Positions 1-8,953 of a DNA stretch of 42,592 nt are shown here, one piece after another. The notes under the pieces are model-generated. The model was not told the origin of the DNA. It ran no database searches and saw nothing but the letters and a program-made list of their open reading frames with translations. The DNA comes from Solirubrobacteraceae bacterium. GTDB lineage: Bacteria; Actinomycetota; Thermoleophilia; Solirubrobacterales; Solirubrobacteraceae. Position numbers and translations under genes: made by a program. Within the stretch, counting starts at the first letter, position 1, and each line of letters starts with the position of its first letter. The stretch is from contig DASWQM010000196.1 of the NCBI GenBank assembly GCA_036403675.1, positions 1-42,592 on the forward strand. The letters run 5' to 3'.

Positions 1-420
1 ACGGGCGTCGAGGGCGACATCGAGCAGGCCACGAAGATCGCGCACGCGATGGCCGCGACGTACGGCATGAGCCCCGAGATCGGGATGGTCGCGATCGGCG
101 AGAGCTCCGGCGAGGTCTTCCTCGGTCGCGACCTCGCGAACATGGGCAACGTCTCCCCCGGGTCCCAGGAGCTCGTCGACAGCGAGACGCGGCGGCTCGT
201 CCACGAGGCGGAGGAGACGGCGGTCCAGGTGCTCAGGCTCAACGCCAAGGTCCTGGAGGAGCTCGCGAACGCGCTGCTGGAGTCCGAGACCCTGTCGGGG
301 CCGGCGCTGGACGTCTACTTGGAGGCCGTCGTACCGTGGCCGCGCCCGCTGCTGGACTCGGTCAACGGCCGCCGGCCGCCCGTGCGCATGCGTGCGCAAG
401 CGGCGGAAACCGCCGACTGA
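1..420 (+). CDS. ftsH: ATP-dependent zinc metalloprotease FtsH, C-terminal fragment (5' end outside window)
   Basis: Frame 1 is open from base 1. TGVEGDIEQATKIAHAMAATYGMSPEIG... matches the conserved C-terminal protease-domain region of FtsH, and an Arg/Ala-rich tail precedes the stop at 418-420. Confidence 0.8.
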   Translation, partial: TGVEGDIEQATKIAHAMAATYGMSPEIGMVAIGESSGEVFLGRDLANMGNVSPGSQELVDSETRRLVHEAEETAVQVLRLNAKVLEELANALLESETLSGPALDVYLEAVVPWPRPLLDSVNGRRPPVRMRAQAAETAD

Positions 421-456
421 GCCTTTCACGAGGCGCCTCGGTCCGGAGAGCCGCAC

Positions 457-972
457 ATGCCGATCGCGGACTTCAGCGCGGTCTACGACGACCACGTCGA
501 CCAGGTCTACGGCTTCTTCTCCTACCGCCTGCGCGGCGGGTCCGACGTCGAGGACCTCACGCAGCAGACGTTCGAGCGCGCGCTGCGGGCCTGGGGGCGC
601 TACGACCCCGGGCGCGCGAGCGTCGCCACCTGGCTGCTCGTCATCGCCCGCAACCTGCTCGTCGATCACCTGCGCTCGAGCCGCAGGACGCGCGAGCGCC
701 CGCTCGACGGCGTGCGCGCCGACGACGCCGCGCTGGCCGCCGCGCCGGACCGTCACGACCTCGGCCTGCCGCCGGACCTCGAGCGCGCGCTTGCGGAGCT
801 CGGCGAGCGCGAGCGCGAGCTCATCGCGCTGCGCTTCGGCGGCGACCTGAGCTGTCCCGAGATCGCCGCACTCACCGGCCTGACGCTCGCCAACGTCCAG
901 CAGATCCTTTCGCGGTCGCTGCGCCGGATGCGGTCGAGCCTCGAGCGGCCGCCCGTGCGCTCCCCGGTGTGA
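457..972 (+). CDS. ECF-type RNA polymerase sigma-70 factor
   Basis: 171 aa. Region 2 (DLTQQTFERALRAW, ATWLLVIARNLLVDHLR) and region 4 (RELIALRFGGDLSCPEIAALTGLTLANVQQILSRSLRRMR) are present. A GGAGAG Shine-Dalgarno (SD) sequence lies about 6 nt before the ATG. Confidence 0.85.
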   Translation: MPIADFSAVYDDHVDQVYGFFSYRLRGGSDVEDLTQQTFERALRAWGRYDPGRASVATWLLVIARNLLVDHLRSSRRTRERPLDGVRADDAALAAAPDRHDLGLPPDLERALAELGERERELIALRFGGDLSCPEIAALTGLTLANVQQILSRSLRRMRSSLERPPVRSPV

Positions 973-1006
973 CGGCCACGCCGCCCGCGATCTAGGGTTC
1001 TCTGCG

Positions 1007-1939
1007 ATGGCACTGGAGGGCCTGCACCACATCACGGCGATCACCGGCGGCGCGCCACGCAACGTCGACTTCTACGCGCGGACGCTCGGGCTGCGGCTCG
1101 TCAAGAAGACGGTGAACTTCGACCAGCCGACCGCGTACCACCTGTACTACGGCGACGAGCTCGGCACGCCCGGCTCGCTGCTGACGTTCTTCGAGTTCCC
1201 CGGCGTGCCCGCCGGGCGCAGCGGCGGCGGCATGCCCTACCGCATCGCCTGGCGCGTCGCCGGCGACGCGGCGCTGGACTTCTGGAGCGCGCGCCTCGAC
1301 GATGCCGGGGTGCCCTTCGCGCGTGGCGAGGACGGCGTCCGGTTCGCCGACCCGGAGGGCCTCGAGCACGAGCTCGTCGCCGACGGCGCGCCCGACGCCG
1401 CGCTGCGGGCCGTCGCCGCCGACGTTCCCGCCGAGTACGCCCTGCTCGGCCTCGCCGGGGTGCATGCGTATGCGTCTCACGCGCGCGCGAGCGGTCCGCT
1501 GCTCGGCGCGCTCGGATTCACGCCGGGTGACGAGGAGGGCACGTGGAAGCTCGCCGGCGACGAGCGCCGGGCGCGCTGGTCCTACGACGCCGCGGCCGCA
1601 CGCGGCTTGCAGGGCGCGGGCTCGATCCATCACGTCGCCTGGTCGGCGGCCGACGACGCCGAGCTCGTGCGCCTGCGCGCGACCGTGGCGGCGGCGGGCG
1701 CGCGTCCGACGCCGATCATCGACCGCCAGTACTTCCACTCGGTCTACTTCCGCGAGCCCAGCGGCGTGCTGTTCGAGCTCGCGACGCGCGACATCGGCTT
1801 CACCATCGACGAGCCGCTGCAGTCGCTCGGCGACGAGCTGAAGCTGCCGCCGCAGCACGAGCCCGACCGCGCCCGCCTCGAGGGGCTGCTGACGCCGATC
1901 GTCAACCCGCGCAGCGAGGCCGCGGACCGCTCGCAATGA
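1007..1939 (+). CDS. Two-domain VOC/glyoxalase-family ring-cleaving dioxygenase (MhqO/YkcA-like)
   Basis: 310 aa. The N-terminus LHHITAITGGAPRNVDFYARTLGLRLVKKTVNFDQPTAYHLYYGD is typical of this family, and a second repeat contains IHHVAW. Confidence 0.8.
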   Translation: MALEGLHHITAITGGAPRNVDFYARTLGLRLVKKTVNFDQPTAYHLYYGDELGTPGSLLTFFEFPGVPAGRSGGGMPYRIAWRVAGDAALDFWSARLDDAGVPFARGEDGVRFADPEGLEHELVADGAPDAALRAVAADVPAEYALLGLAGVHAYASHARASGPLLGALGFTPGDEEGTWKLAGDERRARWSYDAAAARGLQGAGSIHHVAWSAADDAELVRLRATVAAAGARPTPIIDRQYFHSVYFREPSGVLFELATRDIGFTIDEPLQSLGDELKLPPQHEPDRARLEGLLTPIVNPRSEAADRSQ

Positions 1940-2589
1940 CCGATCAACTCGTCCACCTCGTCCGGGAGGTCCCGGGCGAGCCCGCGGGCGCGCTCGTGCT
2001 CCTGCACGGCCGCGGCGCCGACGAGCACGACCTCGTGCCGCTCTTCGACATCCTCGACCCCGAGCGCCGCCTGGCCGGGCTGACGCCGGGCGCGCCGCTC
2101 ACACCTCCGCACGGCGGGCGCTGGTGGTACCACGTGCCGCGCGTCGGCTTCCCCGACCCCGCGAGCTTCCACGCCGCCTACGCCGCGCTGACGAGCCTGC
2201 TCGACGGCTGGCTGCGGGAGCGCGGCATCGACTGGTCGCGGACGATCGTCGGCGGCTTCTCGATGGGCTGCGTCATGTCCTACGCGACCGCACTCGGTCC
2301 CGGCCGCCCCTCGCCGGCGGGCATCCTCGCGATGAGCGGCTTCATCCCGACGGTCGAGGGCTGGGAGCCCGATCTCGAGCACCGCCGCGGGCTGCCGGTC
2401 TTCATCACCCACGGCTCGCGCGACCCCGTCATCTCGGTCGAGTTCGCCCGCGACGCCCGCCGGCGCCTCGAGGACGCGGGCCTCGTGGTCTCCTACCACG
2501 AGCACGGCGGAGGCCACCACATCGATCCGCGCACGCTGCCGCTCATGACGGAGTGGGTCGCGCAGCGCGTCGCGCAGTTCGGGAACTAG
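1936..2589 (+). CDS. Alpha/beta hydrolase, phospholipase/carboxylesterase family (MhqD-like)
   Basis: The ATG at 1936 overlaps the upstream stop (ATGA). 217 aa, with LVLLHGRGADEHDL, the nucleophile elbow GFSMGC and a C-terminal GGGHHI. The ORF-track version (1543..2589) is an over-extension. Confidence 0.8.
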   Translation: MTDQLVHLVREVPGEPAGALVLLHGRGADEHDLVPLFDILDPERRLAGLTPGAPLTPPHGGRWWYHVPRVGFPDPASFHAAYAALTSLLDGWLRERGIDWSRTIVGGFSMGCVMSYATALGPGRPSPAGILAMSGFIPTVEGWEPDLEHRRGLPVFITHGSRDPVISVEFARDARRRLEDAGLVVSYHEHGGGHHIDPRTLPLMTEWVAQRVAQFGN

Positions 2590-2598
2590 GCTGCGCGG

Positions 2599-3057
2599 AT
2601 GGCCGAAGAGCGCAGCCACGACAAGTTCCACCGCCTGCTCGAGCAGCAACTGGAGATGAACCCGCGGACGTGGTCCGCGCTCGAGGAGCGCGGCATCGAC
2701 GCCCGCACGTTGCTCGTCATCGAGTACTCGTTCACGGCGCCCGGCAAGCGCGCCGCCCGCGACCTGGTGAAGGTCCTGCGCGAGCGGACGAACTTCACCG
2801 CCGAGGTCATCGGCGAGGGGCCGCGGCTGAGGCGGCATTGGCGCGTCGTGGGGCACACGCAGCCGGCGACGGCGTCGGTCGAGATGCTCAACGACTGGGT
2901 GACGTTCATGGTCACGCTGGGCGCGAAGAACGGCGCCTGCCGCTTCGACGGCTGGGGCGTGAAGGTGCCCGAGGCACAGCCGCCGGAGGACGGTGGCGAC
3001 GAGCTCCAGCAGACCCTCTCGGCGTTCCGGCGCAACGGTCACAGCCGCGGCGATTGA
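2599..3057 (+). CDS. RraB-like (regulator of ribonuclease activity B family) small protein
   Basis: 152 aa. The pattern IEYSFTAP...AARDLVKVLRE...MLNDWVTFMVTL...FDGWG resembles the RraB family (E. coli RraB ends ...YDGWGTYFED). Confidence 0.5.
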   Translation: MAEERSHDKFHRLLEQQLEMNPRTWSALEERGIDARTLLVIEYSFTAPGKRAARDLVKVLRERTNFTAEVIGEGPRLRRHWRVVGHTQPATASVEMLNDWVTFMVTLGAKNGACRFDGWGVKVPEAQPPEDGGDELQQTLSAFRRNGHSRGD

Positions 3058-3120
3058 GCCGCGCGCGGGCAGGGTCACACGACAAGCGCAACCCCGCTGC
3101 CGCAGCACCGTTACCGGAAC

Positions 3121-4131
3121 ATGAAGCCCCTCGTCACGCTCCTTGCAACGTCCGCCGTCGTCGCAGCCGCCGCCGCTCCCGCCACCGCGGCGCCGACGAC
3201 CATCGCCACGCTCCATGGCGAGACCGCCGTCCGTGCATTCAGCGGCGTCCAGTCCTGGAGCGACCTCGATCCCGCCGACAAGCAGTGGCACGTCATGGTC
3301 CGCAGCAACGGCCAGGTCACCCGCCCGCCGATCCCGGCGGCCAAGGACGCGATCGAGGTCGACGTCGGCCCCGGCGCCGGCGGTGCGCCCGTGCTCGCGT
3401 ACCTCAGCTGCACCGACACGTGCCGCGTCGTCGTCGCCGGCATCGACGGCGGCGCCCCGCAGGCCGTCGCCGGCAGTGAGGGCGCGTCGCATCCGACCGT
3501 CTGGCGCAACCGGGTCGCGTGGGTGCGCGGCAAGGCGACCGTCATGACCAGCACGCTTACGGCCAGCGGGCGCAAGGTGCTCGCCGGCGCGCCGCGGCGC
3601 AAGTGCTACCGGCCGTACACGGGCAAGCCGCGGCGCTGCGAACGCCCGCAGAACCCCTCGGTCGACGCGCTCGAGCTGTTCGGAAACCAGCTTGCGCTCG
3701 TCGACACGTACGGCCTCAAGGCGGCGACCGGGAACGGCACGACGGAGGTGCGCACCGAGTCGGTCAAGGGCGGCCCGCAGAAGCTCGTCGCGCTCAACGC
3801 GATCGGCGAGTCCGGCCAGACCTGGGTGGGACCGTCCTGGGCGAAGGGCAAGCTCTACTTCTACAAGTCGTGCTTCGGCGACCCCTCCGGCTGCGTCGGA
3901 GGGCGCGCGGGCGCCTTCGGCTACGACCCCGGAAGGAACACGTACGTCCACGCCGGCGGCTCGACCGTGCTCAGCGGCTTCGCGATGGACGACGACGGCA
4001 GCCGCGCCTACGAGGCGTCGGCGCCCGGATCCGGCCTGGCGTGCGACGACGCCGACGCCAAGTCGTGCCTGCTGCGGCTCACCGACCCGCTCCCGTTCGC
4101 GCCGACGCGCTCGCTCGTGGGCCAGCCGTAG
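3121..4131 (+). CDS. Secreted hypothetical protein
   Basis: 336 aa. It has an N-terminal signal peptide (MKPLVTLLATSAVVAAAAAPATAAP) and high third-position GC. I recognise no family. Confidence 0.6.
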   Translation: MKPLVTLLATSAVVAAAAAPATAAPTTIATLHGETAVRAFSGVQSWSDLDPADKQWHVMVRSNGQVTRPPIPAAKDAIEVDVGPGAGGAPVLAYLSCTDTCRVVVAGIDGGAPQAVAGSEGASHPTVWRNRVAWVRGKATVMTSTLTASGRKVLAGAPRRKCYRPYTGKPRRCERPQNPSVDALELFGNQLALVDTYGLKAATGNGTTEVRTESVKGGPQKLVALNAIGESGQTWVGPSWAKGKLYFYKSCFGDPSGCVGGRAGAFGYDPGRNTYVHAGGSTVLSGFAMDDDGSRAYEASAPGSGLACDDADAKSCLLRLTDPLPFAPTRSLVGQP

Positions 4132-4180
4132 CGTCCGCCAGCCGCGCCGGCGTGCCGGGCTCCCGGCGGCGCTCTGGCCA

Positions 4181-4195
4181 CCGCGCGAGGCGCGG
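4181..4195. terminator. Short GC hairpin between convergent genes (CCGCGC-GAG-GCGCGG)
   Basis: A perfect 6-bp stem with a 3-nt loop lies in the 76-nt gap between the + gene ending at 4131 and the - gene ending at 4208. There is no U-tract. Confidence 0.25.
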
Positions 4196-4207
4196 TCGCC
4201 CGCGAGC

Positions 4208-5635
4208 TCAGAGCGCCGCCGGTGCCGGTACGACGAGCAGCCGCGGCTCGGTCATCTCCTCCATCGCGAAGCTCACGCCCTCGCGGCCGGAGCCGGAGTC
4301 GCGGACACCGCCGTAGGGTTGCTGCACCGCGCGGAAGAACGGCGCCTCGTTGACGACGACCGCCCCCGCCTCGATCGAGGCGAAGGCGGCCATCGCAGCC
4401 CCGAGATCACGCGTGAAGATCGCCGCCTGCAGCCCGTAACGAGTGGCGTTCGCAAGCCGGATGCCCTCCGCGAGGTCGTCGTAGCGGTCGATGCAGGCGA
4501 CCGGCCCGAAGACCTCCTCCCGCCAGCAGCGCGCGCCGTGAGGGACGTTCTCGATCACCGTCGCCTCGTGGAAGCGCCCGTAGCCGTCGCCCCCGAGCAG
4601 GACGTCGGCGCCGCCGGCGCGCGCCTCCCCCACCCACTCCGCGACGCGCGCCACCTCCGCCGCGGAGATCATCGGCGGCATCTCGGTGCTCTCCTGGAGC
4701 GGGTCGCCGGGCCGCAGCCGCCGCGCCCGCGCCACGAACGCGTCGAGGAAGTCGTCGGCGACCGCCCGCGCGACGAGGATCCGCTGCGCCGAGATGCAGA
4801 CCTGACCCGCGTACGCGAACGCGCCGAACGTCAGCCGGTCGGCGGCGAGCTCCACGTCGGCGTCGGGCTCGACGAGGACGGCCGCGTTGCCGCCGAGCTC
4901 GAGCGTCACCTTCTTGCGCGCGTTGGCGGCCTTCAGTGGCCAGCCGACGGCGTCCGAGCCCGTGAACGTGATCCCGCGCACGCGCGGGTCGGCGGCGATC
5001 CGCGACGCCCGCTGCCCGCCGACCGCCAGCACGCCGATCGCGCCGTCGGGCCAGTCGTCCTCGGCGACCAGCGCGGCGAGCGCAAGCGCCGACAGCGGCG
5101 TCTGCGAGGCCGGCTTGACGAGCACCGGGTTGCCCGCCGCCAGCGCCGGCGCGACCTTGTGCGCCACGAGGTTCAACGGGAAGTTGAACGGCGTGATCGC
5201 CAGCACCGGCCCGATCGGGAAGCGCTGCAGCAGCCCGGCGCGGTTGCCGAGGCCCGGCTCGGTGTCGAACGGCAGCCAGCGTCCCTCCATCCGCTTGGCC
5301 TGCTCGCCCGCCCAGCGGAAGACGTACATCGCCCGGGTCGCCTCGCCGCGCGCCTCGCGGATCGGCTTGCCCGCCTCCAGCGAGATCGTCCGGGCGAGCT
5401 CCTCGACCCGCTCCCCGATCCGCGCGGACGCCGCCAGCAGACGCTCGGAGCGCTCCCACGCCGGCATCGCCGCGACCAGCGGGGCCGCGGCGGCGGCAGC
5501 GTCGAGCGCGGCGTCCACGGCCGCCTCGGAGGGAACGGCAGCCTCGCCGACGACCGAGCCGTCGTAGGGGCTGCGGACCTCGAGGCGCTCTCCGACCGCG
5601 CGCAGCGCGCCGGCGGTGTCCGGGCGGGCGGCCAC
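4208..5635 (-). CDS. NAD(P)-dependent aldehyde dehydrogenase
   Basis: I chose the GTG at 5635, 2 nt after the upstream stop, giving 475 aa. The catalytic motifs LELGGNA (Glu) and GQVCISAQR (Cys) are present. The 634-aa track ORF overlaps the upstream gene. Confidence 0.85.
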   Translation of the reverse strand: MAARPDTAGALRAVGERLEVRSPYDGSVVGEAAVPSEAAVDAALDAAAAAAPLVAAMPAWERSERLLAASARIGERVEELARTISLEAGKPIREARGEATRAMYVFRWAGEQAKRMEGRWLPFDTEPGLGNRAGLLQRFPIGPVLAITPFNFPLNLVAHKVAPALAAGNPVLVKPASQTPLSALALAALVAEDDWPDGAIGVLAVGGQRASRIAADPRVRGITFTGSDAVGWPLKAANARKKVTLELGGNAAVLVEPDADVELAADRLTFGAFAYAGQVCISAQRILVARAVADDFLDAFVARARRLRPGDPLQESTEMPPMISAAEVARVAEWVGEARAGGADVLLGGDGYGRFHEATVIENVPHGARCWREEVFGPVACIDRYDDLAEGIRLANATRYGLQAAIFTRDLGAAMAAFASIEAGAVVVNEAPFFRAVQQPYGGVRDSGSGREGVSFAMEEMTEPRLLVVPAPAAL

Positions 5636-5637
5636 GA

Positions 5638-6774
5638 CTACCCGGCCAGCGCGGCCCGCGGCGCCGTCCCCTCCTTGATCTCCTCGCGCACGATCGCCGC
5701 GCCGTCGACGAGCGCGCGCAGCTTGCTGGCGCCGATCATGCGCGGGAGGTTGATGAGGCCGCAGTCCGTCGAGAGCCCCAGGCGCTCGGCCGGCACGACC
5801 TCCAGGCAGCGGCGGATCCGCTCGGCGACGTCCTGCGCGGTCTCGGTGATCGTCGACTTCACGTCCACGACCCCGGCGACGAAGTCGCGGTCCCAGTTGT
5901 TGTCGACGAGCGGCTTGAGGTCGTCGACGCCCATGCGGGCGACCTCGTAGTTCAACGCGTCCATGTGCGCGTCGAGCGCCTGCGGGAAGATCGCCGCGGC
6001 GCGCTCGGGTGCGGCGGCGTCGGACGGGCGCTTGTCGAGCACCCAGGCGCCGAACTCCCGCTCTCCCTCGTCCGGGAAGTAGCCGGGCGTGCCGGAGTAG
6101 TTGCCCCAGCACGTGTGGACCCAGAACTGCACGCCCGGGACCTCGTCCACCGCGAGGTTGAAGGCCTCGACCTCCCAGTCGGACATGCCGTAGGGCCAGA
6201 CGAACTCGTCGAGCTGGATGATGTCGACGCCCTCGTCGGCGAGCTGCAGGAAGTCCTCGTGGAACGCCTTTGCGATCGCGCGGGCGAGGTCGCGGTTGGA
6301 GTTGTAGAACGTGTCGTTGGACGCGAGCGTCAGCACCTGGATGCCGTTGTAGGAGACCTTCACCGGCTTGCGCGTCGCCTTGCGCACGGCCCGCAGCGTG
6401 GCGACGTGGAACGGGTGCAGGCGGCGCACCTCGCCCGTGACCGTCGGCGCGAACAGCGTCGAGTAGATCGGCAGGCCGATCGGCGGACCGGACATCTGGT
6501 AGCCGGCCATCCGCTCGTAGTAGTGGTAGAGGATCTGGCCGTAGGGGCTGTCGCCGCCATACACCTTGCCATCGGAGATGACGTCGATCCCGGCGGCCTC
6601 CTGGTCATGGACGATCGCGGCGACGGCATCCTCGAACGCCTCGCGAGAGATCGAGTCGTAGACGAACTCCCCCTTCGGGAACTGGGCGAAGGCGTGGCCG
6701 TCGTACCAGCGTGGGTTGGGGTAGTTGCCGACCATTGTGGTGGGCAGCAGGATGTCCTGATTGCCGATGCGCAT
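5638..6774 (-). CDS. etnE: MetE-family zinc alkyltransferase, best read as epoxyalkane:coenzyme M transferase (EaCoMT, XecA/EtnE-like)
   Basis: 378 aa, the size of a single MetE C-terminal-type domain. It has a His-x-Cys...Cys zinc pattern (WVHTCWGN and STDCGL). It also has the blocks NYPNPRWYD (6700-6726) and VKSTITETA, which I recall as the conserved EaCoMT blocks. The CoM gene context supports the call. Confidence 0.75.
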   Translation of the reverse strand: MRIGNQDILLPTTMVGNYPNPRWYDGHAFAQFPKGEFVYDSISREAFEDAVAAIVHDQEAAGIDVISDGKVYGGDSPYGQILYHYYERMAGYQMSGPPIGLPIYSTLFAPTVTGEVRRLHPFHVATLRAVRKATRKPVKVSYNGIQVLTLASNDTFYNSNRDLARAIAKAFHEDFLQLADEGVDIIQLDEFVWPYGMSDWEVEAFNLAVDEVPGVQFWVHTCWGNYSGTPGYFPDEGEREFGAWVLDKRPSDAAAPERAAAIFPQALDAHMDALNYEVARMGVDDLKPLVDNNWDRDFVAGVVDVKSTITETAQDVAERIRRCLEVVPAERLGLSTDCGLINLPRMIGASKLRALVDGAAIVREEIKEGTAPRAALAG

Positions 6775-6847
6775 CGCGAAAAACTCCTCCTCGCCTTCGA
6801 ACGTGGCAGCTGCAGGGTGACGCTAGATCCGGGGGCGACGCGGTTCA

Positions 6848-8953
6848 CTATCCCCCGACGAGCATTCCGGCGGGCGCGGTTGGCGCTGGGGGAGCAGGCG
6901 CGCCGACGATCCGCACGTCGACGGCCACGCTGCCGCGCGGCCCGGCGAGCACCGGGTTGAGATCGAGCTCGGCGATCCCGTCAACGCCGGCGATGAGCCG
7001 CGACGCGGCGGCGACTGTGGCCGCCAGCGCGCCGAGGTCTGCCGGCGGCCCGCCACGGGCCCCGGTCAGCAGCCCGATGCCCCGCAGGGACTCGATCGCC
7101 TCCAGCGCCTGCGCCTCGCTGACGGGCGCCAGGCGGAAGGCGACGTCCTGCAGCAGCTCGACGAAGACGCCGCCGAAGCCGACCATGACGACGGGACCGA
7201 GCGCCGGGTCGCGCAGCGCGCCGACGACCATCTCGGTGCCGCTCACCATCGGCTGGACCAGCACATCGGCCTGCGGGTCGAGTGCCAGCAGCGCAGCGGC
7301 GGCGGCGCGCACGGCGGCGGCGTCGCCGAGCCCGAGCTGCACACCGCCGGCGTCGGACTTGTGCACGTGCGCGCCGCCGGCGAGCTTCACCGCGACCGGC
7401 AAGCCGATCCGCGCGGCCGCCGCGGCGGCGTCGTCGGCGTCCGAGCAGACCGCCTGCGGCGGCACGGCGATTCCGAACGCCGCGGCGAGGCGGGCGGCGT
7501 CGCCGGGCGCCAGCAGCCCCGCCCCGACGGCTGGCAGATCGTCCGAGACGGCGGCGGGCGCCGCCTGCCGCGCGCGCCCGCGCACCTGCCCGTGCCGCCA
7601 GGCGAGCGCAGCGGCGCGCGCGGTGCGCTGCGGCCAGTCGAATGTGGGCACGCGCGCGTCGTGCAGGAGGTCGGCGTTGGGGCGCGCCTGCGCCGGCGCG
7701 ACCCAGCAGACGTAGACCGGGATGTCGAAGCCGCCGGCGTGCAGCCGCGCCGTCGCATCGCGCACCGCCGCCGCGACGGCGGGGTCCATCGCCGACCGCT
7801 GGAGCAGGACCGGCACGACGACGTCGACCTCGCCCGAGCGCGCGAGGAGCTCGATGGCGAGCGGGTAGAGATCCGCGAAGCGCGCCCACGCGGTCGTCAC
7901 GTCGACGGGGTTGCGGGCGCTGCCGTATCCCGGCAGCACGTCGGCGAGCTCACGCCGGAGGTCCTGCGACAGCTCGGGGACCTCCAGGCCCTGCTCGCTG
8001 AGCAGGTCCGCGAGCTCGACGCCGGTGCCGCCCGAGTTCGTCACGATCCCGACGCGCGGCCCGCGCGGCACGGGCTGCCAGTCCAGCGCCCGCGCGGCGT
8101 CGATCATCTCCAGGCCGCTGTCGGCGACGACGACGCCCGCCTGCTCGAGCGCCGCCCGCCAGATCACGGCATCGCCGGCGAGCGCGGCGGTGTGCGACAG
8201 CGCCGCGCGCGCGCCCGCGCCGGTGCGGCCGGTCTTCGTCACGAGCACCGGCTTGCGCGCCGTGACCTCGATCGCGGCCTCGCAGAAGCCGCGTGCGCCC
8301 GCGACGGACTCGACGAAGAAGCACGCGACGCTCGTCTGCTCGTCGGCGCCGAGATGGGCGAGCAGCTCGGCGTCCGTGACGTCGGCCTTGTTGCCGGCGG
8401 CGTAGACCTTCGCAAAGCCCATCCGCTGCTCGATCCCGAGCATGTACACCGCCATGCCGTAGGCACCCGATTGCGTGACGAGCGAGATCCCGCCGGCGTG
8501 CTCGGCCGTGCCGGCGGCCATCGAGGCGTTCAGTCCGGTGGCGCAGTTCTGCACGCCGAGGCAGTTCGGCCCGACGATCCGCACGCCGCCGCGGCGCGCC
8601 GCCGCGACCACCTGCTCCTGCAGCTCGGCGCCCTCTGTCCCCGTCTCCGCGAAGCCGCCCGACAGCACGACGACCGCGCCCGCGCCCACGGCGACGGCAT
8701 CGTCGACGACCGCCGGCACCGCGGCGGCCGGGACGGCGGCGACGACGAGGTCGACGCCGCCCGGCACGTCGCGCAGCCGGGCGTATGCGCGCAGGCCGCC
8801 GACCACCTCGCGGCGCGTGCTGACCGGGACGACGTCACCGGCGAACGCCTCGAGGTTGCGCATGACCGTCGTGCCGAGCTTGCCCGGCTCGTCGGAGGCG
8901 CCGACGACCGCGACGCGGGCGGGATCGAAGACCGCTCGCAGCCCGTGACTCAT
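6848..8953 (-). CDS. ADP-forming acyl-CoA synthetase (fused CoA-binding / succinyl-CoA-synthetase-like / ATP-grasp)
   Basis: The ATG at 8953 overlaps the upstream stop (ATGA). 701 aa, with the N-terminus VAVVGASDEPGKLG...IVGPNCLG and a C-terminal ATP-grasp region. The 835-aa track ORF is an over-extension. Confidence 0.85.
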   Translation of the reverse strand: MSHGLRAVFDPARVAVVGASDEPGKLGTTVMRNLEAFAGDVVPVSTRREVVGGLRAYARLRDVPGGVDLVVAAVPAAAVPAVVDDAVAVGAGAVVVLSGGFAETGTEGAELQEQVVAAARRGGVRIVGPNCLGVQNCATGLNASMAAGTAEHAGGISLVTQSGAYGMAVYMLGIEQRMGFAKVYAAGNKADVTDAELLAHLGADEQTSVACFFVESVAGARGFCEAAIEVTARKPVLVTKTGRTGAGARAALSHTAALAGDAVIWRAALEQAGVVVADSGLEMIDAARALDWQPVPRGPRVGIVTNSGGTGVELADLLSEQGLEVPELSQDLRRELADVLPGYGSARNPVDVTTAWARFADLYPLAIELLARSGEVDVVVPVLLQRSAMDPAVAAAVRDATARLHAGGFDIPVYVCWVAPAQARPNADLLHDARVPTFDWPQRTARAAALAWRHGQVRGRARQAAPAAVSDDLPAVGAGLLAPGDAARLAAAFGIAVPPQAVCSDADDAAAAAARIGLPVAVKLAGGAHVHKSDAGGVQLGLGDAAAVRAAAAALLALDPQADVLVQPMVSGTEMVVGALRDPALGPVVMVGFGGVFVELLQDVAFRLAPVSEAQALEAIESLRGIGLLTGARGGPPADLGALAATVAAASRLIAGVDGIAELDLNPVLAGPRGSVAVDVRIVGAPAPPAPTAPAGMLVGG

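Noticed and set aside
4208-6112. The long (634-aa) version of the aldehyde dehydrogenase ORF.
   Set aside because: The extra 159 N-terminal residues overlap the EaCoMT-like gene and are Arg-rich junk. The GTG at 5635, 2 nt after the upstream stop, gives a normal 475-aa ALDH.
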